A DNA stretch of 64,000 bases from the NCBI GenBank assembly GCA_950097015.1, contig CATNEN010000038.1, positions 8,928,001 through 8,992,000 on the forward strand. The letters are read 5' to 3'. The notes beneath the pieces were generated by a model that was not told the DNA's origin, did not search any database, and was given only the letters and a program-made list of their open reading frames with translations. Made by a program: the position numbers and the translations under genes. Of the stretch, positions 12,257-25,836 are shown piece after piece. Every line of letters begins with the position of its first letter. The stretch's first letter is position 1. The stretch is from Macrostomum hystrix (lineage: Eukaryota > Animalia > Platyhelminthes).

Positions 12257-13648
12257 TCAAATAGGACTTTGCGACTCCGATGAAGAGCCAGGAAGCAGCT
12301 GAAATTATACATGCAGTAAAAAGCAATGCTTAGTCTAAAGACTTCAAGATTATCGTCTGGCTAATTAAATTGGATTAATTACTAGTTAGTTTATCGATTA
12401 ATTAAAAGTACAAAGTTTATCATCTCGGGCAATTAAATGCACCGTGGAAACTCTCTTGATCTCCAAATCTTGTATAGTAAACACTATTGACGGGTGTGAG
12501 TGGCAGAGCTGTCTGACGCACCAAGGTCCCTGAGCTCGATTCCGCGGCGAGGCCACAGTTTGGGGGCTTGTCATGCAATTTTCGACCTTGAGGGCCAACC
12601 TCCAAAGCGCAGTGAAGGTGTACACTGCCTGATGATAGACCTCGCTGGCTGTGGGTCCACTGTCACCAAGTGATTTGCCATTGCCCGCAGCCCTCCTCCA
12701 AATATTATTATATTAATTACTTACCGTAGACTGTACACGAACATGAGCCGCTTCACTGTGCGAACTATTGGAAACTGCCTGCTGATGCTGCTGCAGTCGC
12801 TGTTCTTTGACAGCCTCACTGTAGGACGGCGGAGGCTCGCCAGACACTTCGCCATAAACCGCATCGTGATAAGCAGGCGGAGGCGGCGGCTGCAGCGGCA
12901 GCTGCTGGTACTGCGATGTGCCCGACGGTGGCTCGTGAGAGGATGACTCGAAAGAGGCTGACAAATTGTCGGATGAAGAATTGCGATGAACTGACTGCTC
13001 GCGAAGTGTAGGCTGCTGCTGCTGCTGTTCTTGTTGTTGCTGCAGCCTAGTTTGTCGCCTCTGCCTGCGCCGCCTCTCGTTATTGACGAAATAGTACTTG
13101 TACAGCGCCGGCACCCACGTTTTAGCCGAAGCAAACAGCACGCACAGCAGCACAATGGTGACGATGCAGGCCGCGATTATCTGCAAGCAGATTATGGAGT
13201 CATGAACTGAAAAATTGGATTATGAACTGAAGGATAGGATTTTGACGTGAAGGATGGGATTTTGAAATTAAGGATGGATTATACAGTTCAGGATGGGAGG
13301 TTGGCGCACCTGGTTGGAGCTTGGCCGACCCTGGTCACAGTCAGGTAGTTCTGGACAGATTACCCGGTCCAACTGGGCTGGCATGTTGTGACAGTCCCGG
13401 TGAATGAGCTCTTCGAATTTGTCTTTGATTTTGCTAATTATGTTGCTGCGATTTCGCTTGCAGGTGCATACCCGGGTCCGCAATATCACCCCATCCGAGC
13501 CACAAGTGACACTGCAAGGCGCCGCTGTCCATGGGCACCAGTGTTTGGCCACGCAGCTACCAAAGCAGGCTACTAAGAGTAGTATAAGCAGTCGCATACA
13601 GGTCAATGGCAGAGCTGAACAAGTGCCCACCCTGAGTTGATGTTGCAT
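12257..13648 (-). CDS. Single-pass membrane protein with thrombospondin type-1 repeat and two cytoplasmic PPxY motifs
   Basis: Exons 13648-13310 and 13180-12725, plus a probable last exon 12298-12257 (GTAAGT donor, TTTCAG acceptor, phase 0; ends LLPGSSSESQSPI*). Signal peptide MRLLILLLVACFGSCVA; TSP1 WCPWTAAPCSVTCGSDGVILRTRVC; TM IIAACIVTIVLLCVLFA; PPPAY and PPPSY motifs. Confidence 0.75.
12492..12712 (+). mobile_element. SINE family A, internally deleted copy
   Basis: GAGTGGCAGAGC...GGTCCCTGAGCTCGATTCCGCGGCGAGGCCAC head and GCCCGCAGCCCTCC-(ATT)n tail. Confidence 0.75.
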
Positions 13649-14055
13649 TAACTGGAATGCAAAGTTATGGAGTGGTCTTCACTTCTTTACTCTATGTATA
13701 GGACTTTATGATAATGTATCAATAATGATACAGTAATGCTAGAAATAGTGAAGTCTAGAGCCAATCCCTTGAGCTAATAGAAACAGATACATTTTAACAA
13801 GAAGCTTTGGTCTTAGGTACATTATTTTAATACACTCTTAGTCTTTATTACCAATCAATGGGACCCTAACACTCTTGATTGGTAAGAGTTACTGTTTGGT
13901 AGGGTCATGTATCATCAACTGAACAGTGTATCTTCAAAACCGAACAAGAATTTTGACTTCTTCCTTGGTCTCGTACAAGACAGAAACAAGCTATTGTGTT
14001 TCACAGAACAACTAATTTGAAAGTTGAAGAAATTATCTACAAGCTGAGGCATGAT

Positions 14056-14336
14056 CATACATGCGCAACACCCGGCCGACCCGGCCGAACTGGCCGGGTT
14101 AAACGAGGGCCAAGCAAGGTAAGTCGCAAAAACCAATCGACCAAGCGCAAAAAAATCAAAGGGGGGACCAAGGGACAAAAAAGGAAGGCGTGAAGAAAAG
14201 GAAAAAAGGGAGAGAAAAAGAGAGCAAATGAGAGCAAACTAAGTCGTAAATAGAGCAATGAAACGAACTAAGTCGCAAATGAGAGTAAAAACTAAGTCGC
14301 AAGGCCGGCTAAGATTTGGGAGGTTGCGCATATATG
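14056..14336. mobile_element. Non-autonomous hAT-type MITE (281 bp)
   Basis: 14-bp TIR CATACATGCGCAAC / GTTGCGCATATATG (1 mismatch) flanked by a perfect 8-bp TSD GGCATGAT (14048-14055 and 14337-14344). Confidence 0.85.
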
Positions 14337-15154
14337 GGCATGATGTGCAATGAAGCATTAAGAGGAAAGAAAGATATTGATGTTTCAGTATAAATTTTTA
14401 TTGCAAAAGCATACTTTTCATTATTTTTAACAACATTTTTACTGTATGTACTTTAGACAAATATTGTATGTGGTTGCTTGCCAATTAAATGACCATAAAT
14501 GTAGTTATTTATAGAGCATGAAAAATGCTTTCAAATTACATAATTCATGATAGTTCACTCCTTAAAATAAGATTAAACCACTCACTCAAATTGTAAAACA
14601 TCAAATTCTCTGTTTGGTTTGAAGATACATGAAAATCATTGTTCGGTTTTAGATAAAAAGCAGGAATAACTTTTTTCTATTTGATAAAATAGCAAAAGCA
14701 GATACTTTTTAGAAAGATGTAACTGTTTTCTATAACTTGGCTTTTGATTTATCATCATATCTTAAATAGAAAATCTGTAGCTTAGGTTTGAAGTAAAAAA
14801 AATACACATTCTTGTTTGGTTGATGATAAATTACCCTATTGGTATTGGTTATTGACCTAGAGACTTAAAGACTTTAGGTCAAAAAATAGTCACATAGGAT
14901 AATGATGTGCAATCCAATATAGGATGTTGCCAAACTGACATTCAGGGAAGACTTAACGCCACATAAATTCTTGTAGTTACATCTCAAACAGGTTGTTGCT
15001 GGCTCTATGCATGGTTTAAATTTGGATTTGCAGAGGGCCCACATACATTCAATTCTATTTGTGTTAGCTTCTAGGTTGTTACATCCAATTGATAGGTAAT
15101 TAAGTGGGTTAAAATAATTTAGAGTGGCACACCAACAAAATGCCCATTTTTAAT

Positions 15155-15826
15155 GGAAGTGCTTATTCCCATGGTCCCGTGCCGATAATTTCAATTTTAT
15201 CCACACGGATCTGTGCCAATAATTTTCTGCTTATCCACACGGCAGCTTGTATGAATAGGTCTACTTTCAAGTCCCTACCTATTCTTCTCTGAGCATAAGG
15301 CTTTTGCTTCAGAGTATAGTATATAGTGTACAATATCAATGCATAGTATAAAAGAATAACAATGATGTATAATATGTGTGACAAGTTTGGTGCTGACTAG
15401 AATTCTGCTGGTTGACTCGTATGATTTTCTTTGATAGACTTCTTACTTTTAAAGTCAATGCAATTCGAATGAAAACATGTAACGATGACAAAAGATTTAG
15501 TAAGTTGTTAATTACAATAATTAAAAAGGATGACATTAATGTCAGTTAATGAATGTGTAGGTCGAAATGTAGAACACTGTCGTAACACACTGGCAACTTT
15601 GTCTATCTATTGGCTCGAGGGTTCAACAAAACGTTCAAACCCGAAAGGGCCTCGTTTTAAAGAACAGAACCGTGTGGATAAAATTGAAATTAATGGCATG
15701 GCATATATAAAGAGTTGTAGAATTATTCATACAAGCTGCCGTGCGGATAAGCAGAAAATTATCGGCACGGATCCGTGTGGATAAAATTGAAATTATCGGC
15801 ACGGGACCGTGGGAATAAACTCTGCC
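15155..15826. mobile_element. Mutator-like MITE with long TIRs
   Basis: About 95-bp near-perfect inverted repeats (TTATTCCCATGGTCCCGTGCCGATAATTTC... / ...GAAATTATCGGCACGGGACCGTGGGAATAA), GG..CC termini, and a 9-bp TSD ATTTTTAAT at 15146-15154 and 15827-15835. Confidence 0.82.
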
Positions 15827-17773
15827 ATTTTTAATTGTCCTAATTTTTAATTAAACTGGTTTATTTACTAATTAATTTACTAATAAAGATGACAAACAAT
15901 ATATTTTTCCAAAAGCACAAGTGAACACATTTTATTTAGTCTTATTTAAATAAAACAAGACATTATTACTTTTTGAGTAGCATTTTTAGCTTTCTCTAAC
16001 TTTTGACCAACTAGTGGCCAGTTGCCCAGTTGGTGATATATTGTACATGCTTGTTAATTGTGTCAATCACAAGGCAAGGTTCACTTAGTAGGTTAGGCCT
16101 ATAGTTATAGCCACTTTTGCAAGAAATCATCTCATCTGATCTGATCTAGTTACATTACATATGGTATCGTTAAGTGCTAAACGCTTTGCCACCGAGCTCT
16201 TAAGATGATGATGCATTTCATAGCAAAAAAGCAAAAAAACTGTTTTGTTGTGCCCATTTAATTGTTTCTAGTTCACTCTTATTGTTTATGCGGACGATAT
16301 GAAAGCTGTCCTAATAATTTTGATTGTTTAGCCGACCTTTGTGGTGCCATAGTGTTGTCGCTACATGTTACGCGTATGATTAACGGCCGACTGCAGCGAC
16401 CATCGGACGTGACGAAATAAGAAAAAATAAACTGCTTTCTGGTTTTCGAATAGAGATATTATAAATATCCTAGAATTGTAAGTCAAAAAAAACAAATCTT
16501 AGCATTTCATTCTGTATATTAGCAATTTAATCCAGAAATTTTATCTAATAAGCTTCTAAATTACTATGACTTATTTGCTGGCATGAATGGCATATATATA
16601 AAGCTCTACTTGTGAGTTACTGAAACTTTTAAACCGAGTATACATTCTCCTAATTCTAGTATACATTTGTAATTATCAAAACTGTGCGTCAATCACACCA
16701 TCAACATATTGCCAATAATACCAATTTCTAATGACGTCAGAAGACGCTATCTTCGTTGGCCGATTCTTGTCCTAATAAATGTCTGTTATTTTATCTCTTA
16801 ATCTACCAAATGATTTGGCTTTGCAGTAGTCGAGTAAGTACATAAAGTGTACTTAACGTTTAAGTAGACTGTCGGTGTAGCTATTCGTCGACTATACCGG
16901 TGTCGGTCCATGGTGTCGGTACATGCTACAGTGGCGTAGCATGTATTTTGAAATGGGTGGATCTGAAAGGGCAAAAAGTAAAACGAAACCGTCTTGTTTG
17001 GGTCAGAAGTAAAGTCCAGCTTTTATTGGGTCACATGATCACATCACATGATTAGATCAATTATGAAAAATGCATTTGTGACGTTTGACTTTGGTAGGCC
17101 TATATCTTTTGAAGTGTTAAACTAGAGTTAAGTAAAAAAGACTTATATAGCATGTAGCAGTTGCACAGAAGTGACTCTGCTGTCTATACAAAGCCTGTTG
17201 ATATTGCATTTATAATTATAGTAACCCATATAGCCCATGTACCCATGTACCCATATACAAATTGCTAGCTTCCATGATTGTTATTAATGTGTCTCTTTTA
17301 AAGACTATATTAACAAAATCCTTCTAGGTTATTTAACTTTATTTGGTCTTCTAGTGAAAAGTTTAATTTTTGCATTTCATAACAGTTGTCATACATTGAT
17401 AATATATCTTAACTCTATTTCTATGGATGTGGCTATGACCATCCCAGTTTCAAAACATGTTTCAGCATCTAAAATAACATTTACAAAAGACAACATAAAC
17501 CAAAATTTTGATTTACAACAGTTTACAAATTTTGAGATTTTCTTGAGTCTACAGGTGGTATTAGCATTTATGCACCTGAATGTAATAAAATAATGTTTCA
17601 ATTTTAATACAAAATATTTATTTGACATTCACTTTATTTAAGCTTTTCAAAACTTCAGTCTATTTCATTCAATTAAGGTAGTTTTAATTTAATTGAAAGA
17701 TAGGTGTCTAGATTGCTATTGTAAAATCTACTCCCATTGCAGGTTGCCTATTAAACCAATAATCCCAGCAAGC

Positions 17774-20700
17774 ATGGTGCAAATCAAGGAGAGCATTGAA
17801 CTGCTGCTGAAAATTCTGCACAGCTTCGGGTTCAGCCGATTGAAAGCTGAGACATTCCGTCTGGCCAAATTCAACGAAGTCGGCGCCGTTAAAGAGCTCT
17901 GGCGCCTGCTGTTCGAAGCCGTCTACTATGTGAAGTATGGCGACGTTGACGAGGTGTGCATTCGGGCATTCACTTCATTCACCAGCCAGGAGCTGGTGGT
18001 GTTCCTGAAGCGCGAACTGACTAGGCTGGGATTCTATTGCCGAGATTTTGACCTTCTGCCCGAGGATCAGGTGAGGCAGGGATATAGAGGATTGAGTATG
18101 GGATCTGGATTACTGATTTAAATTTTTATTTATTAATTAACTGATCAGAGAATGGAGTAAGAAAAAAAGAAAAGAAAGTTTCCGAGTTTTTTTGTTTCAG
18201 AAGCCTAATCCCTTTTCTGGGACATGAAATAGGGGGTGAGTGGCAGAGCGGTCAATGGGTTTGCTAGTAGGTACCAAGGTCCCTGAGCTCGATTCCGCGG
18301 CGAGGCCACATTTATTCGGGGTGCAGCTGCAAAGAGAAGGCTTGGGGCTTGTCGTGAAATTTTCGCCCTTAAGGGCCAACCTCCAAAGCACAGTGAAATG
18401 CGCAGGTCAGATGTACACACCTGTGTGAGTGTGTGCATGCGTACAGTATCTGCGAGAGTGTTTCCTCTGGAGTCAGCGAAATGGGCAAAATTGCCTCTTC
18501 GCTGGCTGCGCGTCTAGTGTCACCAAATGATGTGTCATTGCCCGCAGCCCTCCTGCAATTATTGTTATTATTATTGAGATTCGGATCGAATTGAAAAATT
18601 CAATCGCCTGAATTCAGAGCTCGGGTTCTCGCGAGTTGCTTCTAGCCTTCGGCTGGCTGGTCTGCAAGGAGGCTTTGCTGCAGCGATTCGCTCGTCAGCT
18701 GACTGCGCCACTCGACTTTGAACAACTCGAAGGCTCTGACGCCACTGGTAGCGTCAGAGAGAACAGCGTCGGTGGCGGACAAGCCGCGCCAGTAAGCGGT
18801 CTGTCTGGCGACTTGAGAGACGATCTTAAACAGCTGGTCTGGCTCAACGGCCGACTCAGACTCACGCTCAGACAGCTGCAGGTGAGCTCATTTCTTCCTG
18901 TTCTACTTCCGTCTCTTCCTGTTCTACTTCCGTCTCTTCCTGATCTACTTCCGTCTCTTCCTGTTCTACTTCCGTCTCTTCCTGTTCTACTTCCGTCTCT
19001 TCCTGTTCTACTTCCGTCTCTTCCTGTTCTACTTCCGTCTCTTCCTGTTCTACTTCCGTCTCTTCCTGTTCTACTTCCGTCTCTTCCTGTTCTACTTCCG
19101 TCTCTTCCTGTTCTACTTCCGTCTCTTCCTGTTCTACTTCCGTCTCTTCCTGTTCTACTTCCGTCTCTTCCTGTTCTACTTCCGTCTCTTCCTGTTCTAC
19201 TTCCGTCTCTTCCTGTTCTACTTCCGTCTCTTCCTGTTCTACTTCCGTCTCTTCCTGTTCTACTTCCGTCTCTTCCTGTTCTACTTCCGTCTCTTCCTGT
19301 TCTACTTCCGTCTCTTCCTGTTCTACTTCCGTCTCTTCCTGTTCTACTTCCGTCTCTTCCTGTTCTACTTCCGTCTCTTCCTGTTCTACTTCCGTCTCTT
19401 CCTGTTCTACTTCCGTCTCTTCCTGTTCTACTTCCGTCTCTTCCTGTTCTACTTCCGTCTCTTCCTGTTCTACTTCCGTCTCTTCCTGTTCTACTTCCGT
19501 CTCTTCCTGTTCTACTTCCGTCTCTTCCTGTTCTACTTCCGTCTCTTCCTGTTCTACTTCCGTCTCTTCCTGTTCTACTTCCGTCTCTTCCTGTTCTACT
19601 TCCGTCTCTTCCTGTTCTACTTCCGTCTCTTCCTGTTCTACTTCCGTCTCTTCCTGTTCTACTTCCGTCTCTTCCTGTTCTACTTCCGTCTCTTCCTGTT
19701 CTACCTCCAAATCTTCCTGTTCTACCTCCAAATCTTCCTGTACTACCTCCAAATCTTCCTGTTCTACCTCCAAATCTTCCTGTTCTACCTCCAAATCTTC
19801 CTGTTCTACCTCCAAATCTTCCTGTTCTACCTCCAAATCTTCCTGTTCTACCTCCAAATCTTCCTGTTCTACCTCCAAATCTTCCTGTTCTACTGTCTAT
19901 GCCATTTCAAGCGGCTTCCTTGCATCCCGCAGGCTGCCAGCAAAGCGGGAGCCGGCAAGGCTCAGGCCGTGGCCGCTGCCGCCGGGGGTCGCCGAACGCC
20001 CCTGGAGCTGTTCCTTGCCCGCCACCCGGACATGCTGGACCGAAATTTGCAGCTACTGGAGCGGGACAATGAACGACTACAGAGCCTGCTGCGATGGAAG
20101 GACTTCGAAGAAGAGTTCTGGCTGTGGATGGAGAGTGTGCTCGATCTCAAAGTGGGCACCGGAACGCCATAGAATCCCATACTTCATCAGATCAAGATAC
20201 CATACTTTCTGATTCAAATATCTTACTCATCATACTCATCTTACTTCTATCCAGATTCCCTACTCCAATCCAAATCCCATTCTCCAATCCAAATCCCATT
20301 CTCCCATCCAAATCCCATTCTACCATCCAGATCCCATTCTCCCAATCCAGAACCCATTCTCCCAATCCAGAACCCATTCTCCCAATCCAGAACCCGTTCT
20401 CCCAATCCAGATCCTATTCTACACATCCACATCCCATTCTCCCATCCAGATCCCATTCTCCCAATCCAGATCTCATACTCCCAATCCAGAACCTATTCTC
20501 TCATCCAGATTGTAATTTGACCCATATCTCACAATCTATCTGCACGCCTGCCCTTCAGGTTCAGGAGACTGAAGCGGCTGCAGCGGAGTACGCCGAATCC
20601 TTCGATGCCGGCGAGCGCCCTTCTGATTCCATTAGCGCCCCTGCCGGCTCGACCTCCCTGACAGAGGCACACAAGCGTCTGCACGACTCGCTTGTGAAAT

Positions 20701-22277
20701 ACGAGTGCATCGCCGACCTGCTGGAGACGCAGTGGCGCGAACGCAGCCTGCGCGTGTCGGCTCAGGAGCTAGACTTGATGATTGGACAGGTCAGGGATTT
20801 GTTAAGCTGCTGCGATGTTTTGGCGATGGTTTCGTAGAAACGCATAGAATTTGTGATTGGTCTACAACAGCTTCTTTACTTGTGTAACTAAATAATTCTA
20901 TACTCATTGATTAGTCAGTTGAATAAAGTCGTCAGTCCTCGTCGCTGACAACTGAAGCAGAAAAATTGTAAGACTTCTTGTAGACTAATTGCTTAGCAGT
21001 AGGACTGCCAAGCCATTTTTATGACCGTTTTTATACCAGAGGGGTTCTACCCCCTGAAAAAATGTTAGCAGCGACCGAATGCTCACAGCGTTGGGTGCTG
21101 ACTGATTGGTTGACAGACTAGGCGACGGTGTCCTGTGGTTGAGCTGCGCCTAATATTTTGACTTGATTGGAGAAATTCGCGTCAGGGTGACATGCTGATA
21201 AAATTTGATGACCTGGCAAGGCCGCACTGGGGCGCAGTGCTAATTCGTGTATAGGGGTATAATGAAACGTATAATGAAATACCCTAGGGCGTATGGGGGA
21301 AAATCCTACCTTCGACCAGAACCATTGAATATCTCGACGGTCTGAAGAGCTGGCGACTTGATTCTTGTTTTGGAAGATGCGCAATAAAAAGTTGGCCCGT
21401 GTTCTTGAGTTTGCGTTGCTTGCATTGCTCCGTTAGGGATCAGAAAAATTGTCAGGGGGAATTTTCCTCTCCCTTGGTAGTTCTACTGTTAAATGATTGA
21501 TAAATTATAAGAAAACGGTCAATCAATATTCGTTAGGGTTATCAGTGATAAATTGCCGAGATTCCCTTATTTTTCCACCGAATAAAAAATTCAAGGTCTT
21601 CTGATTGGTCCGTGAAAGAATCACTGAGATTCGCTGATTGGTCCATGAAAGAATCACTAAGATTATCTTATTGGACAATGCAAGTAGACGTATCTCTCGG
21701 ATTTGCTGATTGGTCAATGAAAGAATCGATGAGATTTTCTTATCTGTCAAACCGAAGAATGAAGTCAAAATCTTCTAATTGGTCCATGAAAGAATCACTG
21801 AGATTCGCTGATTGGTCAGTCAAAGAAACAACAGAATCTCTGATTGGCAAATAAAATAATCACTGATATTTGCTGATTGGTCAATGAAATATTTTTTGAA
21901 ATTCTCTAATTGGTCAATGGAACAATCATTAATCAAGCACAATAAATATAATCGAGACTTTTGTTACGCAGGTTGACCGCGAAATAGGTCACTTTGCCGA
22001 GCAGTACGAGCGCCTCGCAGCGGAGCCGCAGTGCCCGGCCGCCTACTACGCCGAGCACTCGCTGCCGGCGGAGCCCGGCCAGTGGCTCAGCGAGTCGCTC
22101 ATCGCCCGCATGCCGGAGGCCGAGTCCAAGATGGAGCGCGAAATAGAACGCCTGGAATCGGTGCTCGCCAAGCTGGAGAGCGACGTTGAGCGAAATTACT
22201 GCGAGTTCAAGACGGACTTGCAGACTGCCAGCAGGCAGAACTGTGACAGCCTTCTGCTCTTCGATCCTGTGCGCTGA
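17774..22277 (+). CDS. TEDC1: Tubulin epsilon and delta complex protein 1 (C14orf80-like)
   Basis: Exons 17774-18070, 18618-18881, 19933-20151, 20559-20789, 21972-22277; all introns phase 0. Motifs [35 protein letters not shown] and FWLWMESVL match TEDC1 motifs as recalled ([37 protein letters not shown]). Confidence 0.85.
18232..18575 (+). mobile_element. SINE family A, full length, in TEDC1 intron 1
   Basis: Same head, body and ATT tail as 3806-4145. Confidence 0.8.
18891..19893. repeat. 21-bp pyrimidine-rich minisatellite with two unit types, in TEDC1 intron 2
   Basis: About 38 copies of CTTCCTGTTCTACTTCCGTCT, then about 9 copies of CTTCCTGTTCTACCTCCAAAT. Confidence 0.97.
20248..20510. 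repeat. Degenerate ~20-bp minisatellite (CCCAATCCAGAACCCATTCT) in TEDC1 intron 3
   Basis: Visible tandem repetition. Confidence 0.85.
21598..21930. repeat. Degenerate ~33-bp tandem repeat carrying repeated ATTGG (CCAAT) cores, in TEDC1 intron 4
   Basis: CTGATTGGTCCATGAAAGAATCACTGAGATTCG-like units, about 9-10 copies. Confidence 0.75.
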
Positions 22278-22526
22278 ACTTGTCTGGTCTCTGGTGGATC
22301 GTCCAGTTTGTTTATCGTTTAGTATCTAACATTGCCGCAGTTCTCTATCTAAACCGACTTTACATTGTCACTGATCTCATTGTTGAAAAATCCATCTTAA
22401 TATGGCTGCTTAAACTTTTTCCTGAATTTCATTCTTACGTCGTAAATCCTCCATATATCCTATAGCAGAATACTAAAATATCCCATTCCCTAATTCTATA
22501 AAAATCGCTTTTCGGAACCCTACTCT

Positions 22527-23038
22527 AAATCCCACACTGAATCCCAATTCCAAATCCTACACTGAATCCCAATTCCAAATCCTACACTGAATCCCAATTC
22601 TAAATCCTACACTGAATCCCAATTTAAAATCCCACACTGAATGATAAGCCTAAATCCTACACTGAATCCCAATTCCAAATCCTACACTGAATCCCAATTC
22701 CAAATCCTAGGCTGAAACTTAAATTCCAAATCCTTCACTGAATCCCAATTCTAAATCCTTCACCGAATCCTAATTCCAAATCCTACACTGAATCCCAATT
22801 TAAAATCCCACACTGAATGATAATCCTAAATCCTACACTGAATCCCAATCCCAAATCCTAAACTGAATCCCAATCCCAAATCCCACACTGAATCCCAATT
22901 CTAAATCCTAAACTGAATCCCAATCCCAAATCCTACACTGAATCCCAAATCCTACACTGAATCCCAATCCCAAATCCCACACTGAATCCCAATTCTAAAT
23001 CCTACACTGAATCCCAATCCCAAATCCTTTACTGAATC
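22527..23038. repeat. 25-bp minisatellite (ACTGAATCCCAATTCCAAATCCTAC)
   Basis: About 20 tandem copies downstream of TEDC1. Confidence 0.93.
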
Positions 23039-24257
23039 ATGTTTTGCGTTTTGAATTTTCCGGAATCGCTAAATAGTTGTTGTTCTAAAATGTTCTTCTT
23101 TTCTATTAGAAATCCTATTATCTTCTTATTTCATTCCTATCTTCAAACTCGGATATGAAATCCACGCCTTGCCTTTGAATCCGTCCAGATTTTAAACCCA
23201 GTTTTAGGTCTTGTGGTTGACGTGTATTTTGTCTTATAAAATGTGTGTCCTAATTCTGAATCCTAGTGGCTGAACAGCGTGATTCAAGTTGCTAGCAAGC
23301 CTTGAACCACGCGTTGTAAAACATTTTATAAAAGTACGAGAGACAGCTTTTTGTGCGTTTTCTGTGTTAAGCGTTTTTTAATATACAAGCACTACTTAAA
23401 GTAAGCATTGTAACATTTTATGCTTAATATGTGTACAATGTCTATAATTGTTTAATTATTTTCTCAGTCGCAAAACGAAATAAACAGAAAAAAAATAACT
23501 AAAGCATTTTATTGACAGACATAAAAATTATGATAATAATAAATGCTGATTATATCATTCTATGAACAGTTTTTTCCTTCGATGGCTAAATTCCTTTTTA
23601 CTTGTCTTACATGAAATAAAAAAACTTTTTTTCATCGTTTTTTATTGAAAAATAATTAGGTAATAAGTAAGTATGCTTAAGATTAAAAATCTAATAATCT
23701 ATAGTAATTAGTAGGCCCAGCCACTGGGTGTTTATAAAATAAATAGTTTTTGTTTCTGCACCTAAAATAGTACTCATTAGTAGGTAGAAAATATCTGTAA
23801 TCCTTCGCACCTACTTACTGATATTTTTATTGAGACATTTAGTCTTGTCTGTGTTGTCAATCGTTTGTTAGCTTTGAAAATTTGTTCCTCGTTTTTTTAT
23901 TTTATTATTCTCCGAATTTTACAGCTAAGCTAATGGAGTTTCCCCAACAGTTTTCCCCATCTAGTCCATACAGGCTAAGCCAGTTACTGTTCTTGGAGTT
24001 TCTGTATAATTATATTTTTTAAGTCTCTCATTTCCATGACAACAGTTCCGTCGCATTGCTGTGAGCACAGAAACTCTGCTTGTGATGGTTTTTATATTAT
24101 TGAAGTGCAAATTTTCTAATGTGTTAACTTGACTTCACAAAAATATAATAAGCTACCAGCCAAGTAAGGCAACCTTTTAAAATATTGCATTCTCTTAATT
24201 TCCTATTCTTTCTGTGTCTTCAATTCTTTATGCTAAAGCATCCTGATCCTGTAGTTT

Positions 24258-25836
24258 CTCAATCCTGATCCCATACCCAATCCTGATCCCATACCCAATA
24301 CAGATCCCATACCCAATCCTGATCCCATACTCAATCCTGATCCCATTCTCAATCCTGATCCCATACTCAATCCTGATCCCATACCCAATCCTGATCCCAT
24401 ACTCAATCCTGATCCCATTCTCAATCCTGATACCATACTCAATCCTGATCCCATACTCAATCCTGATCCCATACCCAATTCAGATACCATACTCAATCCT
24501 GATCCCACACCCAATCCTGATCCCATTCTCAATCCTGATCCCATACTCAATCCTGATCCCGTACTCAATCCTGATCCATACTCAATCCAGATCCCATACT
24601 CAATCCAGATCCCATACTCAATCCAGATCCCATACCCAATCCTGATCCCATTCTCAATCCTGATCCCATACTCAATCCTGATCCCATACTCAATCCTGAT
24701 CCCATACTCAATCCTGATCCCATACTCAATCCTGATCCCATTCTCAATCCTGATCCCATACTCAATCCTGATCCCATACCCAATTCAGATACCATACTCA
24801 ATCCTTATCCCATACCCAATTCAGATCCCATACCCAATCCTGATCGCATTCTCAATCCTGATCCCATACTCAATCCTGATCCCGTACTCAATCCTGATCC
24901 ATACTCAATCCAGATCCCATACTCAATTCAGATTACATACTCAATCCAGATCCCATACTCAATCCTGATCCCGTACTCAATCCTGATCCATACTCAATCC
25001 AGATCCCATACTCAATTCAGATCACATACTCAATCCAGATCCCATACCCAATCCTGATCCCATTCTCAATCCTGATCCCGTACTCAATCCTGATCCCATT
25101 CTCAATCCTGATCCCATACTCAATCCTGATCCCATTCTCAATCCTGATCCCATACTCAATCCTGATCCCATACCCAATTCAGATACCATACTCAATCCTG
25201 ATCCCATACCCAATTCAGATACCATACCCAATCCTGATCCCATTCTCAATCCTGATCCCATACTCAATCCTGATCCATACTCAATCCTGATCCCATACTC
25301 AATCCTGATCCCGTACTCAATCCTGATCCATACTCAATCCAGATCCCATACTCAATCCTGATCCCGTACTCAATCCTGATCCATACTCAATCCAGATCCC
25401 ATACTAAATTCAGATCCCATGCTCAATCCAGATCCCATTCTCAATCCTGATCCCATACTCAATCCAGATCCCATACTCAATCCTGATCCCATACTCAATC
25501 CTGATCCCATACCCAATTCAGATCCCATACTCAATCCTGATCCCATACCCAATTCAGATACCATACTCAATCCTGATCCCATACCCAATTCAGATCCCAT
25601 ACCCAATTCAGATCCCATACTCAATCCTGATCCCATACCCAATTCAGATACCATACTCAATCCTGATCCCATACCCAATTCAGGTCCCATACCCAATTCA
25701 GATCCCATACCCAATTCAGATCCCATACCCAATCCTGATCCCATGCTCAATCCAGATCCCATACTCAATCCTGATCCCATGCTCAATCCTGATCCCATAC
25801 TCAATTCTGATCCCATACTCAATCCATATCCCATAC
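24258..25836. repeat. 18-bp minisatellite (CAATCCTGATCCCATACT), about 88 copies
   Basis: Direct tandem repetition with occasional 17-bp variants. Confidence 0.97.

Noticed and set aside
15195-15785. Several perfect DnaA-box sequences (TTATCCACA / TGTGGATAA)
   Set aside because: They are internal repeats of the MITE's terminal inverted repeats in eukaryotic DNA, not a bacterial origin.
18868-19878. Long EQEETEV and LPSLPVL repeat ORFs, and similar repeat ORFs at 24233-25853, 43541-44417, 49444-50420, 52682-53676, 61064-61978 and 62185-63297
   Set aside because: They are translations of minisatellites, mostly inside introns defined by conserved flanking exons.
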